Of a stretch of 20,000 nt of DNA, positions 1 to 7,769 are shown piece by piece. Positions within the stretch are counted from its first letter, which is position 1. Every line of letters begins with the position of its first letter. The DNA is from an uncultured virus (IMG/VR IMGVR_UViG_3300028833_000012) (lineage: Duplodnaviria; Heunggongvirae; Uroviricota; Caudoviricetes). The notes under the pieces were generated by a model. The model was given only the letters and a program-made list of their open reading frames with translations. It made no database searches and was not told the origin of the DNA. The position numbers were made by a program, and so were the translations under genes. The stretch lies in IMG/VR virus record IMGVR_UViG_3300028833_000012, one strand, 5' to 3'.

Positions 1-252
1 GAGCTGTGGAGCAACCCCGGCGAGATTGTTCTGACCCCGTTTATGGGGATCGGCAGCGAGGCCTACATGGCTGTCAAGCTGGGCCGCAAGGCAATCGGGA
101 TTGAGTTGAAGGAAAGCTATTTCCAACAGGCCGTCCGCAACGTGGAAGATGCGGCACACAAAAACCAGATTGACATCTTCGAGATTTTACAGCAGGTTTC
201 GGAAAATACGGAGGTTACGGATGCACGAGATGAAGCTGGGGAGTCTGTTTGA
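1..252 (+). CDS. N4/N6 DNA methyltransferase, C-terminal part (5' end outside window)
   Basis: Frame 1 reads ELWSNPGEIVLTPFMGIGSE...GRKAIGIELKESYF: SAM-binding motif I (FxGxG) and GIE at the C-terminus, as in beta-class MTases. Confidence 0.85.
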   Translation, partial: ELWSNPGEIVLTPFMGIGSEAYMAVKLGRKAIGIELKESYFQQAVRNVEDAAHKNQIDIFEILQQVSENTEVTDARDEAGESV

Positions 253-277
253 TAAGAGCAAAATGGCATGCCAATGA
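221..277 (+). pseudogene. N-terminal remnant of a C5-cytosine methyltransferase
   Basis: SD GGAGG at 210-214, then ATG 221: MHEMKLGSLFD-KSKMACQ*. MKLGSLFD matches the usual Dcm start (LGSLFDGxGG) but breaks off before GxGG. Confidence 0.4.
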
Positions 278-330
278 CAGAGACAACGGCGGACTTGAGA
301 TTTTCTGCGAAGTCGAATCGGAGGATGACG

Positions 331-540
331 ATGCTCCATAACGTAAAAATCACACCAATTGATGATGGCCACTACGCCGTAGAACTTGACGGCAAACCTG
401 TCAATGGCGTGACGGATGTGAAGATCACGATGTCGGTTGATAGTTTGCCGGTCGTATGGATGTGGGTCACTGCCAGATCCGTCGATGTCGAACTGTTGAA
501 CGCGGACGTTGAAATGGCGAACAGCAAGGAGAACGAATAA
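331..540 (+). CDS. hypothetical phage protein
   Basis: GGAGG at 320-324 before ATG 331; stop TAA overlaps the next ATG. Confidence 0.7.
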   Translation: MLHNVKITPIDDGHYAVELDGKPVNGVTDVKITMSVDSLPVVWMWVTARSVDVELLNADVEMANSKENE

Positions 541-988
541 TGCTTAACCAAGGCATGATGACATCCAACACGGACGAATGGGAGACGCCTCAATGGCTGT
601 TCGACCAGTTGAACGCTGAGTTTCACTTCACACTTGACCCGTGCAGCACAGACGAAAATGCTAAGTGTGAAAAGCACTACACCCGAAAAGATGATGGCCT
701 CACAAAAGACTGGTCGGGTGAGGTTGTCTGGTGCAATCCTCCATACGGAAAGCAGCTTCCGTTGTGGGTGGAAAAGTGCGCAAAACACGCAGCCGGGGGG
801 GTACAGCGGTAATGCTTATCCCAGCCAGGACAGATACCATGGCGTTTCACAAGTGGATATACGGCAAGGCCGAAGTACGGTTCCTTCAAGGGCGGCTCCG
901 GTTCGGCGATGCTAAGAATAATGCACCGTTTCCAAGCATGATAGTTATCTTCAGGGAGGGATATGATGGCAAAGGTTTGGTGCAATGA
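540..988 (+). CDS. dam: phage DNA N6-adenine methyltransferase (Dam-like), split by a frameshift at a G7 run (795-801)
   Basis: DEWETPQWLF, FTLDPC and WCNPPYG in frame 540..812; VMLIPARTDT, FLQGRLRF and APFPS continue in the -1 frame to 988. Confidence 0.85.
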
Positions 989-1220
989 CACCGACTGCTG
1001 GTACAACAACGGCAGGAAGTGCAAAGCGAAAGAGATCGCCGTGTTTGACGGCGAGTGCATCAGTTGCCGGTACGGCAAGCCTGAGAAGGGCGACAAGCGA
1101 CTCAGCCGTGACGCGGAGCAGGTCCGCAAAGACCGGGAGGCCAAGCGCGTGTCGAGCAAGATCATGAAGGACATGCTGGAGCGGATGAACGGGGAACTGA
1201 AGGGGGACAAGAAATCGTGA
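963..1220 (+). CDS. small Cys-rich hypothetical protein
   Basis: SD GGGAGG; CxxxxC...C...CxxC; overlaps both neighbours. Confidence 0.7.
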   Translation: MMAKVWCNDTDCWYNNGRKCKAKEIAVFDGECISCRYGKPEKGDKRLSRDAEQVRKDREAKRVSSKIMKDMLERMNGELKGDKKS

Positions 1221-1549
1221 CACTGAACGAGTACCAGCACTTGGCGGCACGGACCATCCGGACGGAGATGGGGTCTGACGCCATGATGAACCACGCCCTG
1301 CACGGGATGGTATCGGAGGTCGGCGAACTGCACGGCCTGCACCAGAAGGTATACCAGGGCCATCCGATGGACGAGGAACACGCGAAGAAGGAAGTCGGTG
1401 ACGCTCTCTGGTTTATCGCTGAATACTGCACCGCGCACGGGTGGGAACTGAACGAGGTCGGACAGATGAACATCGACAAGCTGAAGGCACGGTTTCCTGA
1501 CGGATTCTCTGAGGAGCGCAGTCTGCACCGGGCGGAGGGGGACGTATGA
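1217..1549 (+). CDS. MazG-like nucleotide pyrophosphohydrolase
   Basis: MTLNEYQ, ALHGMVSEVGE, KEVGDALWF, NIDKLKARFPDGF; GTG start in a GTGA overlap. Confidence 0.85.
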   Translation: MTLNEYQHLAARTIRTEMGSDAMMNHALHGMVSEVGELHGLHQKVYQGHPMDEEHAKKEVGDALWFIAEYCTAHGWELNEVGQMNIDKLKARFPDGFSEERSLHRAEGDV

Positions 1550-2172
1550 TCGAGATTGAAACGCTGAAAGTGAGTGGCTTCGGTCCGGCCTTGGTCGGAA
1601 TGCGAAACCCGCTGGACAGTTGGTCCAAGAGCGACACAGTAAACGCCAATACGGACAACGCCATCCAGATCGGCGATGCCGACAAGGATCTGTCCATCCG
1701 CCTCCAGAAGGCCGGTCCGGAACACTGCAAGCATCTGCGGATGGTGACAGTCTACGCCGACATCACCGCGCCGCTGTACTGGTACAAAGAGGCTGACACT
1801 TACAGGGCCGGGGTTGAGAAGGTGAGCTGCTCAACCATGCACACCATCACCAAGAAGCCGTTCGACATCACGATGTTCAGCCATGAGCACCTGACGGTCC
1901 GGTCAACCAACAGCCTGCAAATGACCATCGACACGCTGAACGACTACCGGACGTCCTATCTCAACGCGGACAGCGCAGAGGACAAGAAACTGTTCTGGTG
2001 GCAGCTGATCCAACTGCTCCCGACAAGTTTCAACCAGCGTCGAACCTACATGTTCAGCTACGCCGCGCTTCGGAACATTTACCGCCAGCGTGAAGGGCAC
2101 AAACTGGATGAGTGGCACAGATTCCGGGATTGGTGCGAGTCTCTTCCGGAAGCCTGGATGATTACAGAATGA
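1546..2172 (+). CDS. ThyX-like (flavin-dependent thymidylate synthase-like) phage protein
   Basis: GMRNP..SW.KSD, H.KHLR, APLYW.KE.DTY, SCSTMH, QLLP.S.NQ.R, R.GHKL.EW. The canonical ThyX RHR motif is absent. Confidence 0.65.
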   Translation: MIEIETLKVSGFGPALVGMRNPLDSWSKSDTVNANTDNAIQIGDADKDLSIRLQKAGPEHCKHLRMVTVYADITAPLYWYKEADTYRAGVEKVSCSTMHTITKKPFDITMFSHEHLTVRSTNSLQMTIDTLNDYRTSYLNADSAEDKKLFWWQLIQLLPTSFNQRRTYMFSYAALRNIYRQREGHKLDEWHRFRDWCESLPEAWMITE

Positions 2173-2231
2173 CACGGCCCGGATTAAGCGCCGACAGAGA
2201 GCGAGCATCCTGGGAGAATGACAGACTATTC

Positions 2232-2386
2232 CGGCGCGGCCACGCCCGCATGGGGGATATGTGACTTTCGACATCGCCGCCGGGCTCGGCACCAGAGGGT
2301 CGTTTGAAGGACTCAACAAGGCTTTGATTGTCGGCCTGTTCCCGTTTTGCTACCTCTGGCCCGCCGCAAAGCCCGACCGTGCGCCG
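2232..2386 (+). ncRNA. candidate structured RNA (long nested hairpin); strand assumed from the operon
   Basis: Nested complementary segments CGGCGC/GCGCCG, CGGGCT/AGCCCG, CGGC/GCCG, CCAGAGG/CCTCTGG, AACA-GGC/GCC-TGTT in a 280-bp intergenic gap. Confidence 0.35.
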
Positions 2387-2452
2387 CGCATCTTATCTTT
2401 GAGATCGCGAAGAAAAGTTTGCGATAGCGAACAAAAACAGGAGGAGAACATC

Positions 2453-3127
2453 ATGAAAGAAATCCCGTACATCGAGCCGAGAATGCTGAAACTGACCCAG
2501 ATCGACGAGTTCCACTACGCGAAGGTCGTGGACGTGGAGCGGCTGCTTCACGACATGCGGAAGGAAATCTACGACAACGCGGAGTACGAACTGAACGAGG
2601 ACGGCACGAAGAAGTGGCACCTTACCGAGGCGGAGAGTGCCGTCATCAATGCGCTGTTCTTCGTCGGCTCCTGCGTCCGCAAGCAGCTGATGGTCACCTG
2701 CGAGACCCCGGACGAAATCCGCGCGATGCACGAGCGCATCCGCAACATGTACTACGCCGGGAAATACTACCTCAGCGAAAAGAGCGAGGACGAGAACGGC
2801 AAACCGACGCTGATCTACTTCCGCAAGTACTGCCCCGGCCTGATGGCGTCGCGGCTGAAGGAAGAGGGCAAGACCGAGGAGGAAATCGAGGAGGCCATCA
2901 CCGAGCATCAGGGCGACCCGGCATTCACCGATGTCAGCAAGTACGCGATGCTGTTCGAGAGCCTGGAAGAGGCTGAGAGCCACAAGACCTACCTCAACCA
3001 CAACTTCAAGACCCATCTGGAAGTGCATCCGGCCTTCCTGCTCAACGGAAAGCGCTGCCGGCAGATGCTCGACACGCTGCTGAAAGGCGGTGCGGCAGAT
3101 GGGGAAGCTGAACGGCAGGAAGATTGA
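2453..3127 (+). CDS. hypothetical protein (224 aa)
   Basis: SD AGGAGG before ATG 2453; GC3-rich codon usage. Confidence 0.8.
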   Translation: MKEIPYIEPRMLKLTQIDEFHYAKVVDVERLLHDMRKEIYDNAEYELNEDGTKKWHLTEAESAVINALFFVGSCVRKQLMVTCETPDEIRAMHERIRNMYYAGKYYLSEKSEDENGKPTLIYFRKYCPGLMASRLKEEGKTEEEIEEAITEHQGDPAFTDVSKYAMLFESLEEAESHKTYLNHNFKTHLEVHPAFLLNGKRCRQMLDTLLKGGAADGEAERQED

Positions 3128-3401
3128 GGCGATGTACAGCAAGTTTGGTCCCGGCCCGGAAGGAGCTAACTGCCGCACTTGCGATAACTGCATCCGTTAC
3201 ATTCCGACCGACCACCACTACTGGAAATGCACGCAATACGGCGTGACCAGCGGCGAAAGCACCGACTGGCGTTTGAGCTGGCCCGCGTGCGGGTGCTACA
3301 ACCGCGAGAGCGGCGAAAGGCCCGTGATCGAGCAGCTGAAGCACACGCCACGCGCTGTCCTGACCCGGACGGAGTGCGAGGGGCAGACAACCATGTTTTG
3401 A
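3099..3401 (+). CDS. Cys-rich phage hypothetical protein
   Basis: CRTCDNC...KCTQYG...TDWRLSWPACG; C-terminus GQTTMF. Confidence 0.75.
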   Translation: MGKLNGRKIEAMYSKFGPGPEGANCRTCDNCIRYIPTDHHYWKCTQYGVTSGESTDWRLSWPACGCYNRESGERPVIEQLKHTPRAVLTRTECEGQTTMF

Positions 3402-3412
3402 AGGCCATTAGG

Positions 3413-3550
3413 GCACCAAATGAAAGGTGCGGCGGATTCAGAGGCCCGGCAAATGACCGGACACCGCGTGATCCGCAGGGCGGGACTGGCCATCCCATTG
3501 TACAGCGCATGGCGGGGGCGCTGAACCGGTTGCGAATTGTCACCAGTTCA
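3413..3550 (+). ncRNA. candidate multi-hairpin RNA element
   Basis: GCACC/GGTGC; GCGGAT/ATCCGC enclosing CCGG/CCGG; GGGA/TCCC; CAGCGC/GCGCTG; TGAAC/GTTCA. Two loops share AAATGA. Confidence 0.4.
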
Positions 3551-3570
3551 ACGAAGGAGGAACAGACGAA

Positions 3571-3858
3571 ATGACTGAGCCGCTGTACGATTTGACCGTG
3601 AATTTCAAAAACCTGACGGACGAGGGTGCGCGTGGTTTGGCGCTTTGGATCGTCTCGTCACCTGAGACGGCGCATATGGTCTACTGGATGAGCAAGGCAG
3701 AGGCGGAGGATGACGGCGAAACGGAGCGGACAGGGCATTGGACGGAACCAGAGCCGGGATTTTACGAATGTAGCGCATGCCGAAACACGCAGATTGACAA
3801 AACGGATTTTTGCCCAGACTGCGGGGCGCGGATGGAGGTTGAGCGTGATGAGGTATGA
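3571..3858 (+). CDS. hypothetical protein with C-terminal Zn ribbon
   Basis: SD AAGGAGG; GHW...CSAC...FCPDCGARM. Confidence 0.8.
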   Translation: MTEPLYDLTVNFKNLTDEGARGLALWIVSSPETAHMVYWMSKAEAEDDGETERTGHWTEPEPGFYECSACRNTQIDKTDFCPDCGARMEVERDEV

Positions 3859-4075
3859 GCGTGGCAACGTGGTTGTTGCCATTGAGACGATTGATGGATT
3901 CGGGAAAAACCCCGGCCTGTATATCGGCACAAACGTTCCAAACACGGTGTGGAAAGTTGCGAGCTTCAGAAGTGCGGACAAAGCACAGACGTTTTGCAAA
4001 TGGTTGGAGTACATAATGGGTATGATGGAGGAAGAGCCGGAGGAGGTGAGCGGGGATGAGGCCGATAGACGCTGA
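3848..4075 (+). CDS. hypothetical protein
   Basis: SD GGAGGT; ATG 3848, MRYERGNVVVAIE. Confidence 0.7.
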   Translation: MRYERGNVVVAIETIDGFGKNPGLYIGTNVPNTVWKVASFRSADKAQTFCKWLEYIMGMMEEEPEEVSGDEADRR

Positions 4076-4319
4076 TGAGCTGCTTGCCAGAATGCGAGAG
4101 CGTTGCGATTCGTGCCAGCACAGCGGCAATCGCGAGCATTGCCTCAATCTGTGCGAGTGGCGCGAGGCAATGGACGAGGTGGACGATATGCCGGAGATCG
4201 AGGCCAATGTGACCGCAACCGGCAACGGCGTGGCCATCGGCACGGTGCGCGGCGGGCTGGTGATCCAGCGGGCGAAAGAGATCACAAACATCAAGGACGT
4301 GGGGGTGTTCTACGGGTGA
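4056..4319 (+). CDS. hypothetical phage protein (MRxIDAD-type N-terminus)
   Basis: SD GGAGGTGA; MRPIDADELL start typical of small phage ORFs. Confidence 0.75.
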   Translation: MRPIDADELLARMRERCDSCQHSGNREHCLNLCEWREAMDEVDDMPEIEANVTATGNGVAIGTVRGGLVIQRAKEITNIKDVGVFYG

Positions 4320-4442
4320 GCGAGGACCTGACGAAGCAGGGCTACAGTACGTTGCTTCTTGGGAGTGCATTAACTGCGGGAAAATCGTTACGGAAAAAAC
4401 AGCGTATTGCCCAGGATGCGGGACGCGGATGGAGAGTGGGCA

Positions 4443-4610
4443 ATGAGGACGCTCTACAAGCGGATTGCCGATTGGCGCGGCACGGACTTCAAGCATAAGC
4501 CGAAATCATGGCGCGAATGGAAACAGGAGCAGACGCGGCGGTTCAGGCGGAAGGACAAGCAGGCAGTGAAAGACGAGGAAAAGATGAACGGAGGCGGTCG
4601 GGATGACTGA
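4443..4610 (+). CDS. small basic hypothetical protein
   Basis: SD GGAG; ATG 4443; overlaps next gene. Confidence 0.6.
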   Translation: MRTLYKRIADWRGTDFKHKPKSWREWKQEQTRRFRRKDKQAVKDEEKMNGGGRDD

Positions 4611-4866
4611 TATTAGAGCATTGCGGCATGCACTGAAACCCGCAATCGACACATCCTTTCGCAATAACCTTGGGGATGTGAAAATCCCTGCAGGTTTAGC
4701 AATGCAGATCGACGATGCGCTCCGGGAGCAGGAGCCTGTGAAGCCCGAGTTTGATTCACTCGATGGAAATGTTGGGAGATGGCGTTGCGGCAATTGTCAA
4801 GTTAGCTTGGGAGCCGTTCGTCCACCATACTGCTGGCATTGCGGAAGGAAGGTGAAGTGGGAATGA
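4603..4866 (+). CDS. Zn-ribbon protein, paralog 1
   Basis: EQEPVKP...WRCGNC...YCWHCGRKVKWE. Confidence 0.8.
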   Translation: MTDIRALRHALKPAIDTSFRNNLGDVKIPAGLAMQIDDALREQEPVKPEFDSLDGNVGRWRCGNCQVSLGAVRPPYCWHCGRKVKWE

Positions 4867-5141
4867 ATGAGCACGACAAGGTAGTATTATGGCTAAGCAG
4901 TTTTTTGAAAAACACTGAGCCTTTGGTGTTAGTTCCGAAGCATCTAATTAAACTAATATACGGCGAGTTGACAAAACAAGAAAAAATCGAACCGATTATA
5001 GGTCAGAGGGAGTCAGATTTCCGCTCCGAAATTGTAGATGTCCCCTTGTGCGGGAATTGCAGACATGAACTGGATAGATATGAACTGGGTCATGGTTGGC
5101 AGTATTGCCCACAGTGCGGAAAGGCGGTGAAGTGGGATTGA
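4863..5141 (+). CDS. Zn-ribbon protein, paralog 2
   Basis: ATGA overlap; LCGNC...YCPQCGKAVKWD. Confidence 0.8.
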   Translation: MNEHDKVVLWLSSFLKNTEPLVLVPKHLIKLIYGELTKQEKIEPIIGQRESDFRSEIVDVPLCGNCRHELDRYELGHGWQYCPQCGKAVKWD

Positions 5142-5383
5142 CTAACCAAGAAGCAATTGAGATTCTGAAAGCAAATTATCCCACATCAAACTATTCAGAA
5201 CTTCGTGAGGCTGTAGATATGGTTCTCACACTTCTTCAGAAGCAGGAGCCTGTGAAGCCAGAACTGCGTATGAGTAGGCACGGATTTAGACAATGGGTTG
5301 TATGCGGAAATTGCTATGGAAAGATAGATGGCGGAGACGACTATTGCCGCCATTGTGGAAGGAAAGTGGTATGGAATGAATAA
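5138..5383 (+). CDS. Zn-ribbon protein, paralog 3
   Basis: TTG start in a TTGA overlap; KQEPVKP...VCGNC...YCRHCGRKVVWNE. Confidence 0.75.
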   Translation: MTNQEAIEILKANYPTSNYSELREAVDMVLTLLQKQEPVKPELRMSRHGFRQWVVCGNCYGKIDGGDDYCRHCGRKVVWNE

Positions 5384-5672
5384 AAAGATGACGATTGAAG
5401 AAACTATCAATGGACTTCAAAGCATGATTCAAAGCAAAAAGTTTATTGAACATGATTTTAATGGAGTTGTAGATGAAGATGTTTGTGAACGTGCCATTGA
5501 ACTGCTGAAAGAGCAGGAAGCCGTTAAGCCGCATCTAGATGTAGATGAATAGAAGTGCGGGAACTGCGGTCACAGTTTGGAACATCAGGAAATGCTCGGT
5601 GACAATGTGCTGTTCCATGAATAGTACAATTACTGCCCGAATTGCGGGAGGATGGTGAAGTGGGATGCCTAG
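5376..5672 (+). pseudogene. Zn-ribbon protein, paralog 4, with two in-frame TAG codons (pseudogene or amber read-through)
   Basis: EQEAVKPHLDVDE*KCGNCGHSLEHQEMLGDNVLFHE*YNYCPNCGRMVKWDA*; TAG at 5550, 5622 and 5670. Confidence 0.75.
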
Positions 5673-5814
5673 ACTGATTGATGGAGACAGGCTTATTGAC
5701 TGGCTTCGCATAGTACCGCTTGAAAACGGGATGATTGACCCGGATGAGGTCGTAGACCATATTCGCGAAATGCAGATTATAAGGCCCGACCCGCCGAAGG
5801 AGGAAGAAAAATGA
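5665..5814 (+). CDS. small hypothetical protein (49 aa)
   Basis: MPRLIDGDRLIDWLRIV...PPKEEEK*; below the ORF-track cutoff; fills the gap and overlaps both neighbours. Confidence 0.65.
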   Translation: MPRLIDGDRLIDWLRIVPLENGMIDPDEVVDHIREMQIIRPDPPKEEEK

Positions 5815-6221
5815 AATATAACATCAAGGTCGGAGAAAAATATCTGGTTGGGGAAAACATACACGAAACATTAAATGGAACTGTAACAGGTGACACAACG
5901 GCAGTGTATAGCAGATTTGTAGGAGAAATGAGCGCGTATGATTTTTGTGAAACGGCAGACGAAGCGTCTTGCTTTGATCGAGTAACGGCATGTGATTATG
6001 TCCGCGGAATTATGGAGCGCCAGAACTACGGATTTTATCTTGGAGATATAAAATTGTTTGATGCCGAACACGAGGAAACGATTGTCCATTGCAAACACGA
6101 GGAAAATGCAAATGTTATTGCAAGAATCCTTGATATGGATGAAAAAGATACTTTCCTCGTTGAAGAAGAGATTTTTGGTAAAGACGCTGCAAACGAGCCC
6201 CCGAAGGAGGAAACGCCATGA
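5811..6221 (+). CDS. acidic hypothetical protein
   Basis: SD AAGGAGG; ATGA overlaps. Confidence 0.75.
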   Translation: MKYNIKVGEKYLVGENIHETLNGTVTGDTTAVYSRFVGEMSAYDFCETADEASCFDRVTACDYVRGIMERQNYGFYLGDIKLFDAEHEETIVHCKHEENANVIARILDMDEKDTFLVEEEIFGKDAANEPPKEETP

Positions 6222-6466
6222 CAATCGACTGCATTATCTGGGCCGTGACTGGCGTCTACGTGGGCGTGATCATTGGAATGTTTATAATGCTGTGCAAGAT
6301 CGAGCGGGACCTTGACAGTATGTACGACACAGCCTTCGACAGCGGCGTGGCATATGAGAAGGAAACACAGCAGATCGCGGAGCTGATCAGGGAGAATGAA
6401 CCGGGGGTGATAAAGGATGCCGATGTACGCAATGACCGTATCCAGCGAGCAGGCACGGGCGATTGA
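6218..6466 (+). CDS. hypothetical membrane protein
   Basis: N-terminal hydrophobic stretch IIWAVTGVYVGVIIGMFIML. Confidence 0.7.
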   Translation: MTIDCIIWAVTGVYVGVIIGMFIMLCKIERDLDSMYDTAFDSGVAYEKETQQIAELIRENEPGVIKDADVRNDRIQRAGTGD

Positions 6467-6782
6467 CAAGGCGGTGGAGCTGCTCCTGCGGCTGAAAATC
6501 GGGCAGTTTGACGTCCTGCCGCAGAACCTGATGGTGCTCGGATCAGAGGGCTACTGCGAGCACCGGGACGCGGCGAAACCGTATCTCGACAAGCTGGAGC
6601 AGGTGTTCTCGACATACTATCACAAAGACGATGAATGGCATAGGCTCTACGATCTTCATCAGGTGATCCGCAAGGCGATCCATGACGCGGAGCACCCGGA
6701 GACCGTGGGCGTGGACAGTTATCCGGTGGTGTGCACAGCCGGGGAGAAGATGGCGAGGATGGAGGTTTTGAAAAATGAGTGA
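6417..6782 (+). CDS. hypothetical protein
   Basis: SD GGGGTGA; GC3-rich ORF. Confidence 0.7.
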   Translation: MPMYAMTVSSEQARAIDKAVELLLRLKIGQFDVLPQNLMVLGSEGYCEHRDAAKPYLDKLEQVFSTYYHKDDEWHRLYDLHQVIRKAIHDAEHPETVGVDSYPVVCTAGEKMARMEVLKNE

Positions 6783-7086
6783 TATAAGCGACCTGATTCA
6801 GCGACTCGAATACAGGTTACGGTTCAAAACAGCGGATGGAGCAGCCTGCGTAATAGCGACTGACATGCTACAAGAAACGATTGAATTATTGCGCAAACAG
6901 GTTCCGCGAGAGCTAACAAAAACAGAGTGGGAAACGTGGAAGAAAACTAAGAATCGCGACCCGATCTGCATGATTTGGGAAGGAGACACGACACCGATTT
7001 GGGTGCTGAATCCGGAAGAAATTCATGAGCCGGCCTATCTGATGGGGCAACTTAGGCTATTCAACGGGAGGCCGTGCCGTGAGTAA
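6775..7086 (+). CDS. hypothetical protein
   Basis: SD GGAGGT; overlaps both neighbours. Confidence 0.7.
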   Translation: MSDISDLIQRLEYRLRFKTADGAACVIATDMLQETIELLRKQVPRELTKTEWETWKKTKNRDPICMIWEGDTTPIWVLNPEEIHEPAYLMGQLRLFNGRPCRE

Positions 7087-7504
7087 AAAGTCCCGTGTTA
7101 CAAAACAGTTTATTAACCACCTATTTGGTCTGTATCGTGTCCATCGAATCCCGGTTTATGTGCATTACCATCACGATTTTCTCGTAACGGACGAAGGCGA
7201 TACATCGTATGGGCTGTTCTGCTATGGAGATGGGATGCCGGAGTGTATTCACGTTGCCGCTGGGAAAACCGGATTGTTTCACACGCTGACGACGGTAGCG
7301 CACGAATTTTGCCACTATCTGCAATGGCTGCACGGGAGAGATATGTCTGACGGACAAATTGAAATCGACGCCATGTATTACGAAGGCCCAATGGTTGGTG
7401 CATGGTATATCAACAAAAAAAGCAAAAACGAGCACTGCTATGGCGCTCCGCCGGTATGGGAACCGCATGTGGAGGTGATGGACGATGCCGCCGAAGCTGA
7501 ATGA
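7079..7504 (+). CDS. putative zincin-like (HExxH) metallopeptidase
   Basis: TVAHEFCHYLQ followed by a downstream E.DA; GTG start after GGAGG. Confidence 0.6.
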   Translation: MSKKSRVTKQFINHLFGLYRVHRIPVYVHYHHDFLVTDEGDTSYGLFCYGDGMPECIHVAAGKTGLFHTLTTVAHEFCHYLQWLHGRDMSDGQIEIDAMYYEGPMVGAWYINKKSKNEHCYGAPPVWEPHVEVMDDAAEAE

Positions 7505-7769
7505 CGGCGGGTTTGTGCCGTATGAACTGCTTTTCCCAGGCGGAAGACCCGTGACCATCGGGACGGCAGAACTGCCGCCGGAACCGGGATGGGAACCGCC
7601 GGACTTAGGGTTACACGGATTCAGCGCGGACGTCCCGTTATCGCGGGCACAGACGAAGCGACTGATTAAGGCTTTTAACGCCGCTGTGAATGGGCATAAC
7701 CGGACGATTCGGTACGCAAAGAGACGGCGCGAAAAAGAGCGCAGACGGAGGTTAAAGGAATGCCACTGA
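7485..7769 (+). CDS. hypothetical protein
   Basis: SD GGAGGTGA; basic C-terminus. Confidence 0.65.
   Translation: MPPKLNDGGFVPYELLFPGGRPVTIGTAELPPEPGWEPPDLGLHGFSADVPLSRAQTKRLIKAFNAAVNGHNRTIRYAKRRREKERRRRLKECH

Noticed and set aside
2175..2215. Pistol ribozyme (UAAGCG seen)
   Set aside because: No matching P1 loop for the pseudoknot and no correctly placed GU cleavage site
3470..3530. Twister-sister ribozyme (GCAGGGC...GGCGCU)
   Set aside because: The conserved GCAAG loop is missing
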